Source: Ascoidea asiatica JCM 7603 (lineage: Eukaryota > Fungi > Ascomycota). Taken from it: a stretch of 64,000 bases of DNA. Below the pieces are notes generated by a model that did not search any database, had not been told where the DNA came from, and saw nothing but the letters and a program-made list of their open reading frames with translations. A program made the translations under genes and the position numbers. The DNA lies in the NCBI GenBank assembly GCA_001600695.1, contig BCKQ01000002.1, forward strand, positions 1,199,184 through 1,263,183, read 5' to 3'. This document shows positions 48,849 through 61,344 of this stretch, piece after piece (the first letter of the stretch is position 1; every line of letters begins with the position of its first letter).

Positions 48849-50297
48849 TTATAATTGAAGTTCTTCAGTTTCACAAGTTTTAAGAGTAAGATGATTACTT
48901 ACCCAATTACTATCTCTAAGTAAAGCTCTTGGATCATTTGAACCAAATACATTACAATATTGTTTTGCTTTTTCATGAACAATATTATAATTATCTTCTA
49001 ATTCTTTAAATTCTCTTAAAATTAAATTTTCAGAAAATTCAATAAAAACTCTTGTATCTTTAATTTTAAATATCACATTATCAACTCTTAAAAAAAATCT
49101 TGATAATAATAATAATCTATCTTTCATAACTCTAATTTTAAGTTGAAGTACAGAAATTCCATTATCGGCTAATTCATCTTCATATAAAATCATTTCATCA
49201 AAAAATAATATTGGATCTTTTTTTTTTAATAATGAAAATGGAATTTTTTTATCAGACTTTTTGAAATGAAGATTATTTGAAATACTTTCATTATTTTCTT
49301 CAGTAAGTTCTTTGTTTTTTTTATTTTCAGTATCTTTAGTATCTTTAGTATCTTTAGTATCTTTAGTATCTTTAGTATCTTTAGTATTTTCATTATTATT
49401 TTCAATTGAGTCTTTGATAATTTTCAAAGTACCTTTATAATTAGTTGAATAAGTCCAATCATATGGTTTTAAAACTTTATTTATACCATTATCATTATTA
49501 TTATTATTATTATTATTAGTTGCAAAATTTGAACTTTTTAATTTTTTTTTTGAAGACCAATGATCAGCGTGACAAACTTTTAATAAACTTGATTCATCAC
49601 AACCATATTTTAAAACTAAATCAAGAGCATCAATAGTATTAAAATTTAATTCAAATTTTTTAAAATTATTTATAATTTTTATAAAATTATTACCAAAAAT
49701 CATTTCAGGTAATGGAATATTTAATATTTTCTCAAAATGATTAATTTCAATAGCATTTAAAATTGGTTTTCTAGTTGTGAAAATTTCCCAATTATTTATT
49801 GAAATTGATGGAGAATCATTAAAAGGATATGAAGATGATGGAGCTGGTATTATTACACTACCACAACATGAACATTTTGGATTTTTACAAAGTTTATGAT
49901 CAGAAATTGCAGGTATCATAATATCTGGATTAAATTTTGATTCGTTGATTGAATTACTATTCGAATCATTATTTAATTCATTATTTGATTCAATATTTGA
50001 TTCATTAGTTATTTGGTTATTATTAGTTATTGAAATTGGTGGAGTAGATGTAATCGGAGTGGGATTGATTGAATTTAAATTACCAATTTTATTAATTGAA
50101 GAATTAATATAATTTGGATTTCTTGATCTTGTTGAAATTAAGAATAAATCTTTTGCATTATTAATTTGAATTGCATTTATACCATTTTTTGGTAAATAAA
50201 AATTTGACTTAGAATTTGAATTTAAATTTCTATTTCTATTTTGAGTAACTTTTGAAGGTTTATTATTAATGGAAGATGTTTTATCATTCAAAGACAT
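48849..50297 (-). CDS. TIP41: PP2A/Tap42-interacting protein Tip41
   Basis: HKLCKNPKCSCCG, IPLPEMIFGNN, KPYDWTYSTNYKGT, DPILFFDEMILYEDELADNGIS, KIRVM, RFFLRVDNV; (KDT)n repeat insert. Confidence 0.97.
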   Translation of the reverse strand: MSLNDKTSSINNKPSKVTQNRNRNLNSNSKSNFYLPKNGINAIQINNAKDLFLISTRSRNPNYINSSINKIGNLNSINPTPITSTPPISITNNNQITNESNIESNNELNNDSNSNSINESKFNPDIMIPAISDHKLCKNPKCSCCGSVIIPAPSSSYPFNDSPSISINNWEIFTTRKPILNAIEINHFEKILNIPLPEMIFGNNFIKIINNFKKFELNFNTIDALDLVLKYGCDESSLLKVCHADHWSSKKKLKSSNFATNNNNNNNNDNGINKVLKPYDWTYSTNYKGTLKIIKDSIENNNENTKDTKDTKDTKDTKDTKDTENKKNKELTEENNESISNNLHFKKSDKKIPFSLLKKKDPILFFDEMILYEDELADNGISVLQLKIRVMKDRLLLLSRFFLRVDNVIFKIKDTRVFIEFSENLILREFKELEDNYNIVHEKAKQYCNVFGSNDPRALLRDSNWVSNHLTLKTCETEELQL

Positions 50298-50943
50298 TTT
50301 TATAACTTGATAACTTGATATATTGATATATTGATATATTGATATATTGATTATTTTAGATTCTTGTTAACTGGCAATTGATTATTGATTATTGATTGAT
50401 GATTGATGATTGATGATTAATTGATTATTTATTATTGATTATTTATAAATGATTGAATATGATAAAATAAACGAAATAAAATACAATTCACATAGTTAAC
50501 AAGATTAGTTACTTAGTTAATTAGTTAGTTAGTGATATTAACCGTTAGCGGTGCGTATTAAATAACGCTAGGTGAAGAAGAAAGGTTTTACATTGCTCAG
50601 TTTCAGGGTACAGTAAAAATAGTAAAATAGAATCAAACTTACAATTACAATTACAATTTACAATTTACAATTTACAATTTACAAGTTAAAAGAAAGAAAG
50701 AAGGATTTAAGATTTAATATAATTTTTATTGTTACATAGTACAAAATAGATAATTGTAAAATATTTTAAGATATATTATATAATAATATACCGATTAGAT
50801 AATAGATATAATTGATAATAGATAATAGATAATAGATAATTGATAATTAATAGTTGTAAGTTGAAAATTGGATAATTTGATAATTGATAAAGATAGGAGG
50901 GAAAGGGATAGAGACAAGAAAGACATTAATAAGATAAATAATA

Positions 50944-51273
50944 TTAGTAACCACCACCATTTTGAAAACGAACAACTTCAATAACATCACCATCAATCAT
51001 TTCAAATTTCTGTGGATTATCATTTGGAGCAACTCTTGTACCATCGAACATAAATCTAACAGAATTTGAATCTAATTCATTTTTTGAACAATAATTATCA
51101 AATAATTTTTTAAATTTAGTATGCATTTTAATTTGATAAATTAATTCTAAAGAATTATCTTGCATTCTTAATTTAATTTTAATTTTTTCACTTGATCTTC
51201 TTGCTGAACTTCTATCAGATTGATTAACTTCTGGAGATTGTTCACGACTTGGAGCTGTTGAAGTTGTATTCAT
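50944..51273 (-). CDS. Divergent SUMO (Smt3-like) modifier with C-terminal QNGG-GY
   Basis: IKLRMQD..ELIYQIKMHTKFKKLFDNYC..SVRFMFDGTRV..NDNPQKFEMIDGDVIEV.RFQNGG aligns with the SUMO core but is far more divergent than normal yeast Smt3. Confidence 0.88.
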   Translation of the reverse strand: MNTTSTAPSREQSPEVNQSDRSSARRSSEKIKIKLRMQDNSLELIYQIKMHTKFKKLFDNYCSKNELDSNSVRFMFDGTRVAPNDNPQKFEMIDGDVIEVVRFQNGGGY

Positions 51274-51828
51274 TTTTAATGTAATGTAATTTAATTTAAT
51301 TTAATTTTAAATTTTTAGTTATTTTATATTTTATTATAGATTGAAATTAAAAACCAATAAGGAATATTAATTAGGAATATTGATAATGAATATTAATAAT
51401 GAAAATATAAAGATCAAAAATTAAATATTAAAGGATTGATATAAAAGATTAAAGGATAGAAATAGAATGAAACAATTGTAAAACAGAAATAAAAGAAGAA
51501 ATGAATATATGAATATATGAATAATTGAGTAAATTGGTAAATAACTTATTTAATAATTATATTATTGAATATAATAAAAATCGATAATAAATAAATAAAT
51601 AAATAAACAAATAAACAAGTAAATAAAAGAGATAGAAAAGAAAGAAGAAAAGAAATAAAAGCAGAGGAAATAATCAAATAAAATAAACAAAACGCGTTGA
51701 AGAAAGTAAACAATGAAAAGAGGAAACAAAAGAGAGAAGAAAGAGAGCAGAGCAGAAGAGAGCAGAGCAGAAGAGACGACGGAAAAGAGACGACGGAAAA
51801 GAGACAAAGCAGCGAAAGAGACGCCAGG

Positions 51829-51862
51829 CAGCCACCACACTCGCCACTGAGAATGGTGGCTG
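51829..51862. promoter_or_regulatory. Inverted repeat CAGCCACCA...TGGTGGCTG (two opposed Crz1/CDRE-like cores, or a hairpin)
   Basis: Perfect 9-bp arms at 51829-51837 and 51854-51862 with additional inner CTC/GAG pairing. Confidence 0.5.
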
Positions 51863-52212
51863 ATCAGAGTGCGTGATCAAAGGGTGTCGTGTTAAAGTGA
51901 GTGTCAAAGTGCGTTTTACTAGTCGGATTGAGTTGTTTTCGAGGTTGCCCAATTTGGATCTGCCCTTTTTGTGACCATTTCACTCTAATCTACCAATATT
52001 TTCACTTGAGTTGCAAAAGCAGCAGTTTTTGATGCTTGTGAATTGCAATTGCAACTGGAGAGAAGAATGAAATAAAGCAGTAAAGAATATATTAATGGTC
52101 TATAAAAGTGTAAAAAATGACAAAAACAGAAACGTAAGAAACAAAACAAAGATCTAAGAAAATAATGCACAAAATATACAGAAATTAAAGAAGTAAATAA
52201 GATAATCAGGCC

Positions 52213-52260
52213 TATGATTATGATTATGATTATGATTATGATTATGATTATGATTATGAT
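52213..52260. repeat. (TATGAT)n microsatellite overlapping the stop codon of the 52254 gene
   Basis: About 8 hexamer copies. Confidence 0.9.
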
Positions 52261-53414
52261 TTGAAATAAGCATAAAGAATTTCACCATGTTGAACATTAT
52301 ATCCTTTATCAGGATCAATAATTTGTCCTTTATAATTTTTAAAATTTAATAATGATAAATTACTATCATTTTTTAAACTATATTTTATAAATATTTTTCT
52401 TAATAATTTTGTATTTCTTTGACTTTTATCAAATTCTTTCATTGGAATTTTAAAATAACATGGTTTTAAAACTTGTTGTTTACCACGAATTTGAATTTGA
52501 ATTAATTCATTCTTAGGTCTTGAATTTTTTAAAATTGATTTTCTTCTTATAATTTTTATACCTCCTCCATCATTACCATTAATATTATCTAATTCATTAT
52601 TATTATGATTATGATTATGATTACCATGATTATGATTAATATTATGATGATATTCAAATTCTTTTTTAACAAATTTATCTCTTTCATTTTCAATAACATT
52701 CTCAATATAATCTTCTTTAAATTTATTTTCATTTATTTCTAATCCTACTTCTAATTCATTATTTAATTCTTTTAAATTTTTATAATTTTTATTATATGGA
52801 AATTTATTTTCATTTTTATTAAAATCTTTAAAATTAAAATAACTTTTATTTACTTTTTTATTATCAATTTGATTATAATTATAAATTTGTTTTTTTAATA
52901 ATTCATTCTCAATTAAAATTTTTTCAAAATTTAAATTATTCTCATTTAATTTTTTTCTTAATTCTTCTTTTTCTTTATTAATTATTTCTAATTTTATTTC
53001 ACATTCATTCATATCCATATTTTCATTTTCATTTTCATTTATATTTATATTTTCATTTCCATGATAATTAAAATCTTTTTCTTTTAATTGAATTCTTAAA
53101 TTTGTAATTTCAGTAATTTTATTAAAATTATCATTCTTTAGTTCTTCATATTTAAATTTCATAATTTCTTTTTCTTTTATTAATTTTTGAATTTTAATTT
53201 TTAATGATTTTGAATTATCATCTCCTGAATTTAAATTTCTTTCATGATTTTTTTCATAATTTTCAATTTTAATTTTTAATTCTTTAATTTGATAATTTAA
53301 TAAATCTTTTTCATTTTTTTCAATTTGATTATAATTTTTTAATTGTTTTATAATTTCATCAAATTTTAATTCATCTAAATCTTTTATATCTTCATAACTT
53401 TTATCATAATTCAT
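52254..53414 (-). CDS. Coiled-coil protein with degenerate C-terminal SUMO-like domain (probable ATG at 53414)
   Basis: Long heptad region; C-terminal LIQIQIRG..CYFKI...TKLLRKIFIKYSLKN..LNFKNYKGQIIDP...HGEILYAY follows the SUMO beta-grasp pattern; no diglycine. Confidence 0.75.
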   Translation of the reverse strand: MNYDKSYEDIKDLDELKFDEIIKQLKNYNQIEKNEKDLLNYQIKELKIKIENYEKNHERNLNSGDDNSKSLKIKIQKLIKEKEIMKFKYEELKNDNFNKITEITNLRIQLKEKDFNYHGNENININENENENMDMNECEIKLEIINKEKEELRKKLNENNLNFEKILIENELLKKQIYNYNQIDNKKVNKSYFNFKDFNKNENKFPYNKNYKNLKELNNELEVGLEINENKFKEDYIENVIENERDKFVKKEFEYHHNINHNHGNHNHNHNNNELDNINGNDGGGIKIIRRKSILKNSRPKNELIQIQIRGKQQVLKPCYFKIPMKEFDKSQRNTKLLRKIFIKYSLKNDSNLSLLNFKNYKGQIIDPDKGYNVQHGEILYAYFKS

Positions 53415-54534
53415 TTTTAAAAAAATATCATAGATAATAATATTTATAATTATAAAGTATATAAATAAGTACACAAATAACTTGAAATGGAAAATAAATA
53501 AATTGAATGAAAGTAAAATAACTGAAGGTGATTTAATTCCTTATAAGTTATATCAGTTCAAATATCTTGAATCTTTTATACTCAATATTAAATACTTAAA
53601 TGACTTAAATTGATTTAAATCAATTTGAATTGAGATGACCTGAAATGAATTAATTGAATTGAAATTGAATTGAGGTAAAGTTAAGTTAAGTTAAATGACA
53701 TCAAACCAATTTCAAGGATCATATATTATTATTATATAAATATATGATTATGATTAAAAAGGAATGAAAGGTAAATCATATTGAAACTTGTTGATTGAAT
53801 TGATTATATCCAGCAATAAATTTATCCAAATTCGATTATTATCATTAATTATTTCTGCAATCCCATTATTTATTATTATAATTATTTACAATTAATAGGC
53901 CTTATTGACTTTAATTACGAGAAATAGAATATATTAAAATGAAATTCGAAACTGAATCCAATTATATTTCATAAAATTCTAAAGTTAATTGTTACTGTTT
54001 CTCATTATTTCTCATTCATTATTATCTTTTTATCATAGTTTTATAATAGTTTTAATATATTACATTTTTTGTTGTGTTGATTTAGACGAGAAAGAAAAAA
54101 ATAGAAATTAGACGATATAAAAAAAATAAAGCCAAAATCACGGGTCTCATTAAAAATACATTTTTGCAGTTTAAAGTATAATATACATATTAGTACATAG
54201 TAATACTTAGTACCGTATTTGTGGTTTTTTTGTGATTAAATTTATTGAATTTTAATAAAAAAGATCATAAATTTAAATTAAAATCTAAATTGAAATATTG
54301 AAGATAATGTGATTGGGAGTGTGATTGTAATTATAATTATAATTGTACTTGTGATTGAAATAAAAAAATGCTAGGAGAAGGAGGAGGAAGACAAGAAGAA
54401 AATAAAAGAAAAAAAGAAGTAGAAATTGAAGACATTACAAAAGTAATTAAACAAAAAAAAAGTATAAGAAAACGAAAAACGAAAATGAAAAATAACAAAG
54501 TAATAATAAAAATAAAAAAAAAGATTAAAGTAAA

Positions 54535-55059
54535 TTAAAATGAATTTATAGTTAAAGAACTTGCAACTTCAGTATGTTCAACAGCTTTTTTAAATTCTTC
54601 AAAATCAAGTTTACCATCACCATCAGTATCATTTTCCATAATTGTTTTATCAACAATTTGTTGTAATTGTTGATCTTCTAAATTTTTACCAACCATTGCT
54701 TTTAAAACAATAAATAATTCACCATTTGATATATAATTATCTCTATCAATATCATAAACTTTAAAAGCAAATTTTAATTTATCATCTTTTGAAGTTTTAT
54801 TTGAAAAAATTGATAAAGCATTAATAAATTCTTGAAAATCAATTTCATCACTACCATCTTCATCAAAAACTTCCATTAATCTTGAAGCTAAAGGATTTGA
54901 TTGAACTCCAGGTATTGCTAAAAATTCATCTTTTTCAATTAATCCACTACCATTTGTATCTAATTTCATAAATCTTTTTCTTAAACGATCCATATCATCA
55001 TGATCGAAACTTGTACCTTCTATAAGATCATCAATAAGTTTTGAAGATGTTGCACCCAT
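54535..55059 (-). CDS. CNB1: Calcineurin regulatory subunit B
   Basis: MGATSS myristoylation start, [10 protein letters not shown], four EF-hands, [38 protein letters not shown]. Confidence 0.98.
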   Translation of the reverse strand: MGATSSKLIDDLIEGTSFDHDDMDRLRKRFMKLDTNGSGLIEKDEFLAIPGVQSNPLASRLMEVFDEDGSDEIDFQEFINALSIFSNKTSKDDKLKFAFKVYDIDRDNYISNGELFIVLKAMVGKNLEDQQLQQIVDKTIMENDTDGDGKLDFEEFKKAVEHTEVASSLTINSF

Positions 55060-55932
55060 TTTTATATTTTATTATGTTCTATATTTATTAAAGCTTTAAA
55101 AATTTAAAGATCTGAATTGTATTTAGTTATTTAGTTATTATTCAATTGTTTTTATATAAACATTTACTTTCCCGTTGTTAATATAATTAATATTATACTA
55201 TTTGATATTTTGTATGTTATATTAAAGGTTAATTGAATTCAATTTTTAATTACGTAAAGTGAATATGAATATAAATATATATATAAAAATTCTTATTCCA
55301 ATTGTTATTCCTATTCTTCTTATACTTTTTATTGTATTTTTGTTTCTATTTTTGTTTCTATTTCTATTTCTATTTCTATTTCTTTTTCTAACTTCAGATT
55401 CTATTGCCATAATTAAGTATTTTCATTTTGTTCAGCTGACATTCATCTTTTGTGGGAGTGGAAAAGTTCTTAATTTCTTCAGTTCTTAACTTCGGTTGCA
55501 ATGAACAGCGTTGGTAATTAAAACTAATCGGTCATGTGATATAACTTGCCACAATTAAATCTAATTTAGAAAATAGTGGCGAGTGCTAAATTTTAGAATC
55601 AAAAAATGTATTTAAGCTAACGTACAAGATAATAATAAATATGAAATAAAAATTATTAAATAAATATAAAACTTTTTATTAATTGATTTATTTTAAACAA
55701 ATACACATGCCATTATTAAAAGTAAAAGTAAAAGTAAAAGTAAAAGTAAGAATAAAACTAAAATTAAAGATACGAATAGAATAAAATAAAATAAAATAAA
55801 GTAAATATAAAGTAGGATAGAAAAAGAACATTTGAAATTTGAATTAAATTTTGAAATTATAAAAAACATTAAGATAATGAATATGATAATAAACATGATT
55901 AAGATAATAAATAAAATATGAAAAAAGATTAA

Positions 55933-56913
55933 TCATGAAGAATTAAAAAAAGGATGAAGTAAAGCTTCTTTTGCAGTTAATCTTTCTTGATGATCATATC
56001 TTAATAAATGATCAATTAAATCAATCGCCACTGGAGTTGCAAATTTTTTATTTGAATCATTAATAAAACTTTCCCATGATTTTGAATTACAATCAGTTAT
56101 AATATCAAAATATTCTTGACCTAATTCAATACCATATTTTTCAAGATATTTAAATAATTTATTTGTACCTAAAACTTTTGTAATTTTAACTAATTGATCA
56201 GGATTTGAATTACCTCTAAAAAAAGGTTCAATTTTAAAAATTATTGCAGCTAACATTGCACCAACAGACCATAAATCTAATGAATAATCATATTGTTGTA
56301 AATTAATTAATAATTCAGGACCTTTATGATATCTTGAAGCAACTCTAACATTATAATCAGTACCAGGATGATAAAATTCTGCAAGACCCCAATCAATTAA
56401 TCTTAAATTTTTTTTAATTGGATCAATCATAATATTTTGTGGTTTAACATCTCTATGTATGATACCCATAGAATGAGAATAATTTAAAGCAATTAATAAT
56501 TGAGTAAAATAATATTGTATATCAATTAATTTAAATTTTGGATATAAAATTCTAAAATCAATGTTATTAATATGTTCAAAAATTAAAGCAGGAATTTTAC
56601 TATTTGAATCATGAACAATATCTAATAATGAAATTATATTTGGACCACCAGTTAAATTTTGTAAAATTTTAACTTCTCTAAAAATTTTTTTTAATTTAAC
56701 TGGTTTTAAAACTTTTATTGCACATGGTTGTTGATTTAAAATATTTATACCATTAAAAACTTCAGAATATTTACCACGACCAATTTTACTTATAATTTCA
56801 TAATTTGAAATATTACTCCAAAATAGTCTATGATTTTCATAATCCCAATAATCTTTTGGCCTTCTTTCATTTGCATCTGCATAAATTTTTGCAACTGAAT
56901 AAACTCTTGACAT
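55933..56913 (-). CDS. CKA2: Casein kinase II catalytic subunit alpha'
   Basis: [62 protein letters not shown] (PQN and RYHK are Cka2-type). Confidence 0.95.
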   Translation of the reverse strand: MSRVYSVAKIYADANERRPKDYWDYENHRLFWSNISNYEIISKIGRGKYSEVFNGINILNQQPCAIKVLKPVKLKKIFREVKILQNLTGGPNIISLLDIVHDSNSKIPALIFEHINNIDFRILYPKFKLIDIQYYFTQLLIALNYSHSMGIIHRDVKPQNIMIDPIKKNLRLIDWGLAEFYHPGTDYNVRVASRYHKGPELLINLQQYDYSLDLWSVGAMLAAIIFKIEPFFRGNSNPDQLVKITKVLGTNKLFKYLEKYGIELGQEYFDIITDCNSKSWESFINDSNKKFATPVAIDLIDHLLRYDHQERLTAKEALLHPFFNSS

Positions 56914-57802
56914 TTTAATAGTTATTAGTTATTATTATTGATAAAATAAGATAATTTAAACGCGACTAGACTAAAAAAAAAAGAATATAAAATAAAACTA
57001 AAGGAATATAAACCAATATATAAATGAAAAGAAATAAATACTATCTATAAAACTTTATGCTATTCGAATCAATTAAATTCAACTCAACTCAGCTCAATTA
57101 AATTTAATTCAATCTAGTTAAGTCAATTCAATTAGGAGACAGTGAATGATATTGTGATTAGATTATGAATTTAGATAGATAATAGTAGATAAGTTACTTA
57201 CAGAATAGCAGATATATTATTGATAGAATAATACAGTTATCGCAATAGACTTTACCCAGTGCAGAATCAGAATCTGTTTTGAAGCAGAGTGATAATAGCA
57301 CGGTTGTAGCCGGTAGTGGTAGTATTAGTGTTAGTATTAGTGTTAGTGTTAGTGTTAGTGTTTGACACTCGTCTCCTATTTTTATTATTATTATCACTAT
57401 GGAGTTGGCTAAAAGTGGAACAGAACCGAAAGTGAACTGGGAGTGGAACTGGAACTTGAACTGGCTGGAGCAGAGACAGGGGAAAAGACAGGGGAAATAG
57501 AAATAGTGCAGAAGAGACCCCCAGTACTGGTGTCGGATGGAATTCAGCCACATCATGTGACAGAACAAGGAACAAGAAAATTGAAAAAGAAGACCCGTTG
57601 TATTGGATTCACAACACCACTCAGGGCTCTAACGTCAGGGTTCTTATATTCTATTTACTATTTACTATTTATTATTTATTGTTTATCATCGACGAAAACA
57701 TTCAAATTCACCAGACTCAATTTCAAATTCAATTTCACATTCATCAGAAGCAGTGGCAAATCCATCTTTTGAAAATCAAAAAAAAAAATTACCGCCCAGA
57801 AA

Positions 57803-58331
57803 TCACCATTCTTCAGTTGGATTCTTCTTAAATTCTTCATATTCCTCTAAATTGAAATAAGACAATTCAGTCTCATTCTCAATATCATAATCAATTAATT
57901 TTTTATTTAAATCATTTAAAATCCATTTATCATCTTTATCAAAATTTATTACAAGATTCATACTTTTAGAATAATGAGCTTTTGTATAAATTTTAATTGT
58001 ATTAAATTTTGAAATATTATTCTTAACTGTTCGAAATGTTTTATTATTTAAAATTTCTTTATTAATAATTTCTTCTAATTCAATCACTGTGATTTCATTT
58101 AAATTAATATTATGTAATATTAAATTCTTAATATTTCTATATGGAAATGATTTAATTATTCTTATAGTTAATGTTGCCTGTGTCACTTTATATATAAATA
58201 TTGTTAGTATTGTCTCCCTTATATTTTATATTCCATTCATATTTTATATAAAATAACTTACATGGACGAACCGTTGATGTCAATGGCTCTTCAATATCAA
58301 AATCATTAATTACAAACTTATCACTACTCAT
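57803..58331 (-). CDS. AIM29: UPF0538/C2orf76-family protein (Aim29); exons 58331-58262 and 58185-57803
   Basis: EEPLTSTVRP|LTQATLTIRIIKSFPYRNIKN, KIYTKAHYSKSMNLVINF, ENETELSYFN..YEEFKKNP; GTAAGT donor, TACTAAC branch, AAG acceptor. Confidence 0.92.
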
Positions 58332-58976
58332 CTTCACTATTATTTATTTATTATTATTATCCTCTATTATTTTCTAGTATTATATCTATTATATTCTTAT
58401 TACTGATTATATTCGCCTTCAATCAATCAATCATTCTATAAATTATTTCAATTAAATTAAATTAAATCAAATTAATTTTAAAAGAACCACAAAATTGGTC
58501 TGAAACCGAAATTGCATGCAGATGCATTTATATACATAATTACACATGCTATTCCAAACTCTATTTATCCTTATTGATGATTTAAAATTTATGATTTATT
58601 ACAATTCTATTTATTTATCAAAACCACAAAATATTGACCCTCTTCATTTGAATGCTATAATTAATCACTTTCTAATCATTCATCAAAGTTTTTTCAACTT
58701 TTAATGATATTTCTTTTATTTCTATTTTTTTTGAAACATTTTTAATCAAATTTGAAATAAGTTAAAATTATTGAAAATAATTAAAAAATGATTTGAATTG
58801 AGATTAAATACAAATTAAATAAATACTTATTATTCTCTTCAATTCTTTTTCTTTGTCCTTTTTAAATTCTTTTTTTTCGCTTCTTTTACTAAATAATGTT
58901 TTATTATTCAATAATTATCTCCTAAATTTCATATTAATCCTATATCAATAATAATAAGAATAATATTATTTTAATA

Positions 58977-59431
58977 ATGTCAATAAATTCAAATGATATT
59001 TCAATTAAAAAAATTAATTTATCTTCAATTTTAAATTCTTCTTGGATTAATACTCAACAAAAAGTATTTATTCGTTGGATTAATAATCAATTTTTATCAA
59101 CAAATGATACTTTAATTAAATCTCAATTTATTAATAATAATTCAAATTCTTTTTTAATTAAAGATTTATCAAAAGATTTATCAAATGGTACTAAATTAAT
59201 TTACCTTTTAAGAATTTTATATTCAAATAAATTTAATGATTATTTAATTCCAATTTATAAAATTCCAAAATTTAGAATTCAATATATTGAAAATTTAAAT
59301 TTTTTTTTAGATTTTTTAAAATTTAATGAAAATTTAATTTTTTATAATATTGGGGCTGAAGATATACTTGATGGTAATTTAAAATTAATTTTAGGTTTAA
59401 TTTGGACTTTATTCTTAAATTTCACATTCAA

Positions 59432-59475
<44 letters not shown>

Positions 59476-61112
59476 TTAATAATATAGTTAAAAATGATAC
59501 TTCAATTCAATTTAATCAAAAAAAACAAATATTATTAAATTGGTGTCAAAATATAATTTTAAATAATAAAAATTATAATAATATAAAAGTTTTAAATAAT
59601 TTTTCAAATCATTGGAATAATGGTTTACCATTTTGTGCAATTTTAAATCATTTTAAACCAAATTTAATAAATTATTCAATTTTAAATCCAATTGAAATTA
59701 ATAAAAATATAAATTTAGCTTTAAATATTTCAAAAAATTCTTTAAATTTACCAAATTTAATTGATTTAGAAGATATTAATATTAAAAATCCTGATGAAAA
59801 ATCTTTAATTCTTTTTATTTCAACTTGGTATAATTATTTTAATTCAAATAATTACAAAAATAACTCACAAATTGAAATTAAAAATAAATCTCAAATTGAT
59901 ATTCAATCTGATAGTGAATATTCTGATTATAATAATAGTTTTGAAAGTGATAATGATGATGATAAAAAAAGTATTAAAAGTTTGAGAAGCATACAAAGTA
60001 ATGAAACAACTTTTTACGAAGAAACTGAAATTGAAAATGAAATGAAACCTAACTTAACTATTGAAGAACCAAATATTATTTATTTGAATAATTTCTTAAA
60101 AACTTCATCAGAATTATTTAATAATATCAAAATCTTTAAATTTATTTCAAAAAGATTAATTTCAAATTTAAATACTCAAATTTTAAAATGGAATAATACC
60201 ATTTTAAGTTTTAATAATTATAAAGAGAATGTTAATTATTCAATTGAAGAAATTTTAAATAATTTTGAAGAAATTAAATTTATTAAAGATTCCAATTATA
60301 ACAAATTTTATAAATTGAATTTAAAACCAAAATTTCTTAAACAAAAACAAGAAATTGAAATTTATTATAATAAATTATTTAATATTAATAATGATAATAA
60401 TAATAAGTTTATAAATTTTCCAAAATTAATCAATTTTAAAAAATCATTAAATATAATTATTAAAAATATTAATATCAAATGGAATGAATTTAATTTAAAT
60501 GAAATTAATTATGAAAATAAATTATATCTAAAAGAAAAAAATTTAAAAAAAATTTTAGATTTTGTATTTTTAAAAGATTTAAAACAAATGAATGAAAAAT
60601 TCAATAATATTATTAATGATATAAATTTTTTCAATTTGAATAAATTTGAAAATAATAGGTTAAAAATTTTAGAAGATTTAAAAAATTTTCAAATTGAATT
60701 AAAAGATAAAATGATTATTAATAATCCATATACAGAAATTCATAGATCAATTTTAACTTATGATTGTTTATTTGAATATAGTTTAATTATGAAAGATTAT
60801 GTTGAGAAAAATTTTATTGAAAATTCAAATAATAATGAATTTTCTTTTGAGTTAACTGAAAAAAATTTCAAATTAATTCAATTAAATAGTAATGATGGTA
60901 TTGTTAATATTGATAAGAGTGGTCAAAATGATGACAATATCGGTTTGAATGAATGTAAAGATACAATAGAGATGAAAAAATTATCAACAATAATCGATAA
61001 AGAAACAATAGATAAGTTGATTACTATAACAGGAAATGACCAAATTTTTAATTTTGTCAAATATTTAGATGATTTATTTGAAATTTCCAATGAAATCTCT
61101 GAGGAAATTTAA
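58977..61112 (+). CDS. Alpha-actinin-like protein (tandem CH domains, helical rod, degenerate EF-like end)
   Basis: WINTQQKVFIRWIN, DLSNGTKLIYLL, IENLN..LDFL, NIGAEDILDGNLKLILGLIWTL, LLNWCQ, NFSNHWNNGLPFCAIL, PDEKSLI. Confidence 0.9.
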
Positions 61113-61344
61113 GTTTTTTATTTCTTTTCAATTTTTTCAAGTTTTTACAATTTTTATTCTTTTTTTCAAACAGTTGTACTTTAATTTTTTTTTTATAGGG
61201 AAGGGAATACTTTCATTTCAACTAGGTACTTTCATAATGGATGTTTAGGATAATTTTACTTTATTTACTTAAATTGAGATCTTCTTTTTGAATCTTGAGT
61301 CGTAGAAATGTCTTACATCAGTTTGATCAATTCACCATCTTCTT

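Noticed and set aside
55533-55700. CDEI-like RTCACRTG followed by AT-rich DNA as a possible point centromere
   Set aside because: No CDEIII-like element at the right spacing; the motif occurs four times in promoters and fits Cbf1 sites
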